IMG/VR virus record: IMGVR_UViG_3300025759_000063
Location: 32,001-96,000 of that record
Length of the DNA: 64,000 nt
Direction: 5' to 3' (one strand)
Source of the DNA: a virus
Shown here: piece after piece, positions 39,755 to 47,515 of the stretch
How the letters are laid out: every line of letters begins with the position of its first letter
Position numbering within the stretch: position 1 is the stretch's first letter
Program-made: the position numbers and the translations under genes
Notes under the pieces: model-generated
Told to the model about the DNA's origin: nothing
The model's input: only the letters and a program-made list of their open reading frames with translations
Databases searched by the model: none

Positions 39755-39898
39755 TTTGATAGTTTGAGAGTTGACGTTTAACTTCGACTTCGATACTTAC
39801 AAGTTTATTGTGAAGAAATTGTTCGTACTCATTTCCTTCAAATAAATTGCAAAGATTATTCACCTGAACAAGAGCAAGGTGAAGTTTCATTTCATCGG

Positions 39899-40237
39899 TC
39901 ATTTTTTACCCATGCCCTTTCTCTTTCTTCCAGAAGTCTTGTCATTGCTGCTAGTGTTTCGAGTGGAATCCATGCGGGTTCCTCTTTTGCGAACTGGACT
40001 TGAACTTCTGTTACTTTTCGGTTGAGACTTTTGCTCCAGGTTTCTCTTGTGAGTTTTACGTGTGCGATTGGGTTTTCCATTTTTATAATCAAGTTTAATT
40101 TCTTTTGGTTTAAGTTTGTGTCTGTCTATGTATTTGTCAAGATGTTCCTGACATGAAAACCAACAGACTTTACCATCATCTTTGTGCTCCAATCGGAACC
40201 CAAAGGTTTCATAAGGAAACAAATTAACCTCTTTCAT
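39899..40237 (-). CDS. Hypothetical protein with basic tail
   Basis: FPYETFGFRLEH...CWF.CQEHLDKY; the overlapping ORF 39892..40092 may also be real. Confidence 0.55.
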   Translation of the reverse strand: MKEVNLFPYETFGFRLEHKDDGKVCWFSCQEHLDKYIDRHKLKPKEIKLDYKNGKPNRTRKTHKRNLEQKSQPKSNRSSSPVRKRGTRMDSTRNTSSNDKTSGRKRKGMGKK

Positions 40238-40710
40238 TTATGCTCCCAAAAATCATCCCAATCTTTCTTGGTAGATGCAATATCAATTTTAGCACGTTGA
40301 TTGTAGTATTCTGCTTCACGCAGATTATAATCACGACACTTTTCTTTTTCCTGATCTGATGCTGCTTTATCGCACATTGCATTCAGTTCTTCTTCTGTAT
40401 AATTTGTATTAAACTGAATAATACTTCTATCAGAAAGACTAAAATCACCAACTGGACTTGGAGTATCTCCAGTAATCAATGACATTGCCAGATTTACCTT
40501 TTCTAATTTCTTGTGATGATACTCCTTCCAGTCTTTCAAAGCATCCATTAGATCTGTGAAGAATGTCACACTCGAATAGTTATCATCATCAAGATACTCT
40601 CCAACTATATCAAAAAGACGACACTTCATGTTTTGATGAAGCAAGTCAACTGTTTTTGAATCAATTTCCTTTGTCATTGAGTTTCTCCTCAAGTTCTTCA
40701 ATTCTAACAT
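40234..40710 (-). CDS. Hypothetical protein
   Basis: ORF track. Confidence 0.65.
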   Translation of the reverse strand: MLELKNLRRNSMTKEIDSKTVDLLHQNMKCRLFDIVGEYLDDDNYSSVTFFTDLMDALKDWKEYHHKKLEKVNLAMSLITGDTPSPVGDFSLSDRSIIQFNTNYTEEELNAMCDKAASDQEKEKCRDYNLREAEYYNQRAKIDIASTKKDWDDFWEHK

Positions 40711-40942
40711 AAAGATCTTCGATTAGTGAAGTGAGATTGTAAAAGTTGACTTTTCCAAACTCATAGTATCCATTGTCTGCTGTAATTTCACCGAAGATTT
40801 CTCTCCATTTATGTGTTCTTTCAGTCATCACAAGTGTCCATAGTTTTGTTGGTAATAAAGGAATCTTTGCATTGATGGTCTAATACCTAAACTCTCACAA
40901 CATCTCAAATAAGAGATGAATTCATACCAAGGTGCTGTAGGA

Positions 40943-41152
40943 TCAGTGTCCGCCATATCTACACCTCATTGTGTGAAGATACTTAAGAACTTCTTCTCGA
41001 ACTTCCATCAGTTCATTGTAACACTTTTGATTGTGTGCACATTGGCGAAGTGATGAATCTGGTTTGTGAACAGATTCGATAAAGATGTCAAGTCCCCTCA
41101 ACATCTTATCTTCTTTAGATTCACCGTCAGGAATACTGTTCTGGTCTTTCAT
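40943..41152 (-). CDS. Hypothetical protein
   Basis: LDIFIESVHKPD..LRQCAHNQKCYNELM motif. Confidence 0.65.
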   Translation of the reverse strand: MKDQNSIPDGESKEDKMLRGLDIFIESVHKPDSSLRQCAHNQKCYNELMEVREEVLKYLHTMRCRYGGH

Positions 41153-41331
41153 TTGGATTCTAGTTCAATGGGACAATCTGAGTATTCCTTGAGAGTTTGT
41201 AGAATCTCTTGCTTTTCTGATTGGGTGATAGAATTGTTATCAAACATTCTGTTTGCAATTCTATTGAAATCGGAGCAAGAAAGTTCTAGAGACAGCATTA
41301 ACTCTAACATGGCAATCCTCCAGGATTACAT

Positions 41332-41526
41332 CTATTTAACAACCTCCCAATGGTCATCAGATCCCTCACTCATCCAGAACCAGTATTTGCCACTGATAGA
41401 TGCAAGAAACATCTTCCCATCTTTACGATTCTCCACTCTACATGTATGAAGGCTATTCATCATGTTAGCAAAACGATTTTTTGCCTTTGATGACTTCGGT
41501 TTGACGCAAATTAGATCAGTTTTCAT
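41332..41526 (-). CDS. Hypothetical protein
   Basis: Follows repeat 17; PKSSKAKNRFAN.M. Confidence 0.7.
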   Translation of the reverse strand: MKTDLICVKPKSSKAKNRFANMMNSLHTCRVENRKDGKMFLASISGKYWFWMSEGSDDHWEVVK

Positions 41527-41571
41527 TTGGGTGGTGGAATCTAATACTAGAACAGTTTAAGTGGCTCAGAT

Positions 41572-41594
41572 AAAAAAAGAGACCCGAAAGTCTC
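41572..41594 (-). terminator. Intrinsic terminator with UUCG loop
   Basis: Minus strand GAGACT-TTCG-GGTCTC-TTTTTTT. Confidence 0.8.
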
Positions 41595-41600
41595 ATTTCT

Positions 41601-42713
41601 TCACAATTTATCCAGAGGAATCAAACGATTCATAGAGCGAAGTTCTTTGTGCTTCTCATCATCAGCAAACTGGGGAATTGCGCCAATGATAGTGAAAGGA
41701 CGCTCGGAAGGGAGAGCAATTTGAATTCCTGCCAACTGACTATTGATCAATTTAATAGTTTGAGCATAGAACATCTCAAGATCATTGGTAAAGTTCTTTA
41801 CTTCTTCACGCAACTTGTCAGCAGTTTTTTCAGTACAGTAAAGAACAATATGAGTGTGATGACCCTGAGTAGTATTTGCAAGAATTTGGTCAACCCAGCA
41901 GCGCCGAGCATTAGTCTTACCAGTAGAATAAAGAACCAACTGATTCTCATTCAAAGGATTGGGGGTGTCTGGAAGAGAAATTCCCAGAGATTTGACTTCT
42001 TTACAATCTTCAAGGTACTCAATCCACTCAGAACGAGTCTTATCAATAATAATTGGGTCACCATCTGGTGTAGACTCTTTAAGAATACGATTAGAAATCT
42101 TTGTAATTGTACCCGCAATATTACTATAGAAACTTTCAATTCCAACTTCAGTATAAAGCCAGGTATCAATAGATGCCTGATCGCAGTTAAGAAGTCCTTT
42201 GCTAACCATTGCACAACCAGCAGTCACAAAGTCGTTCATATTTGCACGACGAGCAACCAAGTGATTGTTGGCAATCAGACCATTAACAATATCAGATGCT
42301 TCTTCGTTGACTTCTTCATCATATGAGAAGATAGCAACAAGAATATATTTCCAACCCGCAACAAGTGCTGCACGAATACGGGTACGACCATCTTTAATTT
42401 TTCCTTTAGTAGAGACGATTGGTGGGAATGGATTATAATCCCAACCGTGCTCTTCATAACTATATGCAATATCATCAGTAGCATCATCCTTATTCTGCTC
42501 ACTGCGAACTGCAACGTTATTCAATTCATCATCATAAAGTTTGTAACCAGAAATATCAATCTTGGCAAATTTTACAAACTTTCCATATTTTTGCTTGGCA
42601 TTTAGTTGTTCTTTAGACCAACGACCCTCATATTGCTTAGGATCAAGGTCTGCGCAAGTAACCTTACCGAATCCAACTCCAGCAGTAGACATAATAATTT
42701 GCTCCAATAGCAT
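41601..42713 (-). CDS. ParB/Srx-like N-terminal domain protein
   Basis: SYEEHGW...PPIV....KIKDGRTRIRAA motif; bounded by repeats 18 and 17. Confidence 0.6.
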   Translation of the reverse strand: MLLEQIIMSTAGVGFGKVTCADLDPKQYEGRWSKEQLNAKQKYGKFVKFAKIDISGYKLYDDELNNVAVRSEQNKDDATDDIAYSYEEHGWDYNPFPPIVSTKGKIKDGRTRIRAALVAGWKYILVAIFSYDEEVNEEASDIVNGLIANNHLVARRANMNDFVTAGCAMVSKGLLNCDQASIDTWLYTEVGIESFYSNIAGTITKISNRILKESTPDGDPIIIDKTRSEWIEYLEDCKEVKSLGISLPDTPNPLNENQLVLYSTGKTNARRCWVDQILANTTQGHHTHIVLYCTEKTADKLREEVKNFTNDLEMFYAQTIKLINSQLAGIQIALPSERPFTIIGAIPQFADDEKHKELRSMNRLIPLDKL

Positions 42714-42796
42714 TTTGTAAAGGATGTAAGAGAGGAAACTGCCAGAGGCATCTCCCTCACATCACTAGAACATTTTAAGGGGCTCAGTGAGATTTG

Positions 42797-43288
42797 TCAA
42801 GCATGTATGATTTCATCTGTTAACAAACGCTCACCTAATACTCTCTTCATTAACTCCAAGGATATTTGTTGAGGACGTTCTTTCCATCCATACCAACGAC
42901 TCTTCTTTCCTTGTTCATGTGGTGGTAATTTTCCTACGGAAAAGTACTGCTCCGCAGTACAGTCATAAATTTTATCTCCATTCTGTACCCACCAGTGCTT
43001 TTCTCCTCTATAATCTTCAGCACTCATTGGGTATAGTAAATCAGTATTCATCAGATAAACTAATGCTTGACTTGAATGATAGCAGTGACCATAACAACGA
43101 TTAAACTTTATATCATCAGGATACATTAAAGACTTTCTACCTTTAAGTAAATCTGGTGATAGATTCTTGCGAATCAAACCTATCACCAAACACATATTCT
43201 TTTCGGTATATTCAAAGGGTTCAAAAGTCAATCTTCGAGTCTGAAATATCTCCTTATCTTTATATCTGTGTCTCTCTATAATCTTCAT
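42797..43288 (-). CDS. Hypothetical protein (transglutaminase/papain-like motifs possible)
   Basis: GHCYHSSQAL...HWWV...IYDCTAEQ (C, H, D arrangement). Confidence 0.55.
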   Translation of the reverse strand: MKIIERHRYKDKEIFQTRRLTFEPFEYTEKNMCLVIGLIRKNLSPDLLKGRKSLMYPDDIKFNRCYGHCYHSSQALVYLMNTDLLYPMSAEDYRGEKHWWVQNGDKIYDCTAEQYFSVGKLPPHEQGKKSRWYGWKERPQQISLELMKRVLGERLLTDEIIHA

Positions 43289-43327
43289 ATAATCTTAGCT
43301 ATAATTAACCTGAACCCTAACAAAGGT

Positions 43328-43356
43328 ATTCTACAGAGAAATTAGATGCTTGTCAA
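43328..43356 (-). promoter_or_regulatory. Sigma70-like promoter
   Basis: Minus strand TTGACA-17 bp-TAGAAT. Confidence 0.75.
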
Positions 43357-43485
43357 GCCATTGATTTTGATGTAGAATGTTGTTACGGATTTATCAGGCA
43401 GCAAAGATGTTTACGAATTCTTCTGGAAGATTGTATTATTCTCAATTTAGTAAGAATCTTTGTTTACAATATATTCTATAAAAAT

Positions 43486-43887
43486 TTAAAGAATGTTATG
43501 AATTTCTGAAATTCCTTCATTTCTTTTTGCTTCTGCTTCAATTCTTTTTGCTTCTGCAGTAGATTCATCTCCAGAAAATTCTGCTTGGAAAGATTCTTCG
43601 ATAAGAGAATCATGCTGATCAAAATAAGTCTTTATACTAGAAAATTGGTCAAATGTAATTTTTTGAACTGCTTTTTTTCCACTATTTCCATCAATGATAT
43701 CTGTAATAGTTACATTATCAGGAACTTCGGATAAACAAATATCAATTCCACTAGAGTCCTGTGCCCAAATTTTTACATCTAGACCTGGATATTCTAATAC
43801 GGGATGTGTTTTTGCTTTTGCGCTATTTGTTTCGCAAAGGTAGTTTCTAGAATCGCATTCTACCCAGTAGTGCTTAATGTATTGCAT
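43486..43887 (-). CDS. Hypothetical late protein associated with propeller cluster
   Basis: TATAAATA at 43909-43916. Confidence 0.65.
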   Translation of the reverse strand: MQYIKHYWVECDSRNYLCETNSAKAKTHPVLEYPGLDVKIWAQDSSGIDICLSEVPDNVTITDIIDGNSGKKAVQKITFDQFSSIKTYFDQHDSLIEESFQAEFSGDESTAEAKRIEAEAKRNEGISEIHNIL

Positions 43888-43911
43888 TTTTTTCCAGTAT
43901 TTTTTAAATAT

Positions 43912-44574
43912 TTATATTACATTGATTCCATATTTATGCGACAATTCCTTGTTTATATCATCCATAGAAACAAAACCCTTTATCGTAGACCAAGTTACTA
44001 TAGAATATCTTTTTCCTCTCGTAACTGGTTCTACTCCATGAACGTAAAAATGATTTGATGGGAAACATACCATCATTCCCGGTTCGGGTCTTATTCTAAT
44101 TTTTAATTCCGGAAACACAAAATCTCCACCTTCAAAATTGTCATTTAGGAAAAATACGGTAGATATATCTCTATCTGTACTTTTTTTCCATATTTTTTCT
44201 CCTGTGGGGGATACCCAAATACTTTCACCATCCACATGAGGTTTATAATGTCCACCAATACCATATGAAAGTATTTGAGGAAATTCACTAGAATCAATCT
44301 CAATATCATAGAATGGATTTATAATTTGACTTACGCACTTTTTCAGTAGGTCTTCAATTTTTAGATACAAATTTCCTATTGGAACAATTTGAGTATCTCT
44401 GGTATTTTTATTTACGGACCAAGATATTTTTCCTGTTCTATTTGTTTCATGTGGATCAAAAATAGAAAGATCTTCTGATGCTGAAGATTCTATGTGTTGT
44501 ATAAGTTCTTGTAGTCCTTCTTTGTTAATCGCATTTGGTCTAATAAGAACATAAGATAAAGGATTTTCAATCAT
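43912..44574 (-). CDS. 2OG-Fe(II) oxygenase, prolyl-4-hydroxylase-like
   Basis: GHYKPHVD, FLNDNFEGG and HGVEPVTRGKRYSIV motifs. Confidence 0.88.
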   Translation of the reverse strand: MIENPLSYVLIRPNAINKEGLQELIQHIESSASEDLSIFDPHETNRTGKISWSVNKNTRDTQIVPIGNLYLKIEDLLKKCVSQIINPFYDIEIDSSEFPQILSYGIGGHYKPHVDGESIWVSPTGEKIWKKSTDRDISTVFFLNDNFEGGDFVFPELKIRIRPEPGMMVCFPSNHFYVHGVEPVTRGKRYSIVTWSTIKGFVSMDDINKELSHKYGINVI

Positions 44575-44625
44575 ATTTTTTTTTGTTGTTGCATTATTTA
44601 GATTATGTAATTGAGATTGATGATA

Positions 44626-47448
44626 TTACAAATAAACTGGTGTTGGTGAAATTGTTGTTGACGGAAGACTAGCACTTGATGCAGCAAGATAATATCGTCC
44701 TATACTTAAATCTGCACCAGGAGCTGCTGCTGTGGTATCAGTGGAATAAGTGACCTTATCCATTGTTGCTCTGGGAGCAGGGACTCTACCACCACCAAAG
44801 TAACCATTAGTATTATTACCTGTTGCAGCAAGAGCACGCCGTGCTAAACTTAAATCTGCACCAGGAACTGCTGCTGCGGTATCAGTGGAATAAGTGACCT
44901 TATCCATTGTTGCTACTGGACCAGGATTACCACCACCAAAGTAACCATTAGTACTATTACCTGTTGCAGCAAGAAAATAACGTCCTGAACGTAAATTCGC
45001 ACCAGGAGCTGCTGCTGTGGTATCAGTGGAATAAGTGACCTTTTCCATTGTTGATCTTGAAGGCTGCCCACCACCAAAGTAACCATTAGTATTATTACCT
45101 GTTGCAGCAAGAGCATATCTTGCTACAGTTAAATTGGCATTAGTGGGTGATGATATTGTATCTGTGGAATAAGTGACCTTATCCATTGTTGACTTTGAAC
45201 CAGGATTACCACCACCAAAGTAACCATTAGTACTATTACCTGTTGCAGCAAGCCAATAGCGTGCTACACTTAAATCCGCACCAGGAACTGCTGCTGTGGT
45301 ATCTGTTGAATAAGTGACCTTATCCATTGTTGCTGTGGTAGGATTACCACCACCAAAGTAACCATTAGTAATATTACCTGTTCCAGCAAGACCATATCTT
45401 GCTACACTTAAATTTGCACCAGGAACTGCTGCTGTGGTATCTGTGGAATAAGTGACCTTATCCATTGTTGCTACTGGACCAGTACTACCACCACCAAAGT
45501 AACCAGTGTTTGGTGCTGGTGAAATAGAGTCAAAAGTAGAAGATGTTGGAGTTGGTGCTGGAGGTTCTATTACAGGAAGTCCATTTGCCCTAGCACTTGA
45601 TGCAGCAAGACGATATCGTGCTGAACTTAAATTGGCATTAGGAACTGCTGCTGTGGTATCAGTGGAATAAGTGACCTTATCCATTGTTGCTGTGAGAGGA
45701 AAACCGCCACCAAAGTAACCATTAGTACTATTGCCTGTTGCGGCAAGAGCATAGCGTGCTGAACTTAAATTGGCACTAGGAGCTGCTGCTGTGGTATCTG
45801 TCGAATAAGTGACCTTATCAATTGTTGCTGTGACAGTAGGGATTCTACCACCACCAAAGTAACCATTGGTACTATTGCCTGTTGCAGCATGACGATATCG
45901 TACTACACTTAAATCTGCACCAGGAACTGCTGCTGTGGTATCTGTTGAATAAGTGACCTTATCCATTGTTGCTACTGGACCAGGATTACCACCACCAAAG
46001 TAACCATTGGTACTATTGCCTGTTGCAGCAAGACGATATCGTGCTGAACTTAAATTGGCACTAGGAGCTGCTGCTGTGGTATCTGTTGAATAAGTGACCT
46101 TATCCATTGTTGCTACTGGACCAGGATTACCACCACCAAAGTAACCATTGGTACTATTGCCTGTTGCAGCAAGAGCATAGCGTGCTAAACTTAAATCTGC
46201 ACCAGGAACTGCTGCTGTGGTATCAGTGGAATAAGTGACCTTATCCATTGTTGACTTTGAACCAGGATCACCACCACCAAAGTAACCATTGGTACTATTA
46301 CCTGTTGCAGCAAGAGCACGCCGTGCTACACTTAAATCTGCACCAGGAACTGCTGCTGTGGTATCTGTTGAATAAGTGACCTTATCCATTGTTGCTGTGG
46401 TAGGAGCACCACCACCAAAGTAACCAGTGTTTGGTGTAGGAAGAGTACCATCAGAAAATCTAGTTGCTGGAGGTTCTATTACAGGAAGACCATTTGCCCT
46501 AGCACTTGATGCAGCAAGAGCATATCTTGCTACACTTAAATCTGCACTAGAAGGAAGTGCTCCTGTGGTATCTGTTGAATAAGTGACCTTATCCATTGTT
46601 GCTGTGGTAGGAAAACCGCCACCAAAGTAACCATTGGTACTATTACCTGTTGCAGAAACATAATATCTTGCTACACTTAAATTTGCACTAGAAGGAAGTG
46701 CTCCTGTGGTATCAGTGGAATAAGTGACCTTATCTACTAATTGTGAGCTAGGAATACCACCACCAAAGTAACCGTTGGTACTGTTGCCTGTTGCAGCAAG
46801 AGCATAGTGTGCTACACTTAAATCTGCACCAGGAACTGCTGCTGTGGTATCAGTGGAATAAGTGACCTTATCCATTGTTGCTGTGGTAGGAGTACCACCA
46901 CCAAAGTAACCATTGGTACTGTTACCTGTAGCAGCAAGATATCTACGTGCTGCACTTAAATTGGCATTAGGAACTGCTGCTGTGGTATCAGTGGAATAAG
47001 TGACCTTATCCATTGTTGATACCCCACCAGGACCACCACCACCAAAGTAACCATTGGTACTATTACCTGTTGCAGCAACACCAAAACGTGCTAAACTTAA
47101 ATCTGCACCAGGAACTGCTGCTGTTGTATCGGTGGAATAAGTGACCTTATCCATTGTTGATTTTGGACCAGGATTACCACCACCAAAGTAACCGTTGGTA
47201 CCATTACCTGTTGCAGCAAGAGCTAAACGTGCTAAACTTAAATTGGCACCAGGAACTGCTGCTGTGGTATCTGTTGAATAAGTGACCTTATCCATTATTG
47301 ATGTGGCAGGAACACCACCACCAAAGTAACCAGTGTTTGGAGAACTTGGGGAAGGTACTATCCAAACTTCATCCAGAGGAACCCATTGATTGGAAAATTT
47401 AAATTTAAATGCTTCTTTAAGGGAAAATATTCCTCTGATGTTGGGCAT
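44626..47448 (-). CDS. Kelch-like triple beta-propeller protein (18 blades), paralogue 1
   Basis: 18 x GYFGGG...MDKVTYSTDT...LS.AR..LAATG repeats in 3 groups of 6 with Pro/Thr linkers. Confidence 0.8.
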   Translation of the reverse strand: MPNIRGIFSLKEAFKFKFSNQWVPLDEVWIVPSPSSPNTGYFGGGVPATSIMDKVTYSTDTTAAVPGANLSLARLALAATGNGTNGYFGGGNPGPKSTMDKVTYSTDTTAAVPGADLSLARFGVAATGNSTNGYFGGGGPGGVSTMDKVTYSTDTTAAVPNANLSAARRYLAATGNSTNGYFGGGTPTTATMDKVTYSTDTTAAVPGADLSVAHYALAATGNSTNGYFGGGIPSSQLVDKVTYSTDTTGALPSSANLSVARYYVSATGNSTNGYFGGGFPTTATMDKVTYSTDTTGALPSSADLSVARYALAASSARANGLPVIEPPATRFSDGTLPTPNTGYFGGGAPTTATMDKVTYSTDTTAAVPGADLSVARRALAATGNSTNGYFGGGDPGSKSTMDKVTYSTDTTAAVPGADLSLARYALAATGNSTNGYFGGGNPGPVATMDKVTYSTDTTAAAPSANLSSARYRLAATGNSTNGYFGGGNPGPVATMDKVTYSTDTTAAVPGADLSVVRYRHAATGNSTNGYFGGGRIPTVTATIDKVTYSTDTTAAAPSANLSSARYALAATGNSTNGYFGGGFPLTATMDKVTYSTDTTAAVPNANLSSARYRLAASSARANGLPVIEPPAPTPTSSTFDSISPAPNTGYFGGGSTGPVATMDKVTYSTDTTAAVPGANLSVARYGLAGTGNITNGYFGGGNPTTATMDKVTYSTDTTAAVPGADLSVARYWLAATGNSTNGYFGGGNPGSKSTMDKVTYSTDTISSPTNANLTVARYALAATGNNTNGYFGGGQPSRSTMEKVTYSTDTTAAAPGANLRSGRYFLAATGNSTNGYFGGGNPGPVATMDKVTYSTDTAAAVPGADLSLARRALAATGNNTNGYFGGGRVPAPRATMDKVTYSTDTTAAAPGADLSIGRYYLAASSASLPSTTISPTPVYL

Positions 47449-47515
47449 GACTTAAAAATATATTTTTTATAATCTTAATATCACTATTTAGATTATGTAA
47501 TTGTGATTTGTGATA

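Larger units (their letters stand above)
20021..42787 (-). repeat. 18 dispersed copies of a 29-bp motif (probable phage early promoter and/or cassette boundary)
   Basis: Plus-strand consensus ACACTACTRGRACACTTTAAGKGGCTCAG; copies start at 20021, 20461, 21641, 22518, 22907, 23842, 24718, 26187, 27113, 30056, 32117, 32670, 32950, 33875, 34555, 35604, 41541, 42759; all same orientation, each about 10-70 bp upstream of an ATG. Confidence 0.95.

Noticed and set aside
20021-42787. 29-bp repeats as a CRISPR array
   Set aside because: Intervals are hundreds to thousands of bp and contain intact genes; no cas genes and the repeat is not palindromic
20021-42787. Classical integron attC sites
   Set aside because: No RYYYAAC/GTTRRRY inverted cores or long hairpin, and no tyrosine recombinase in the window; only the organisation is analogous
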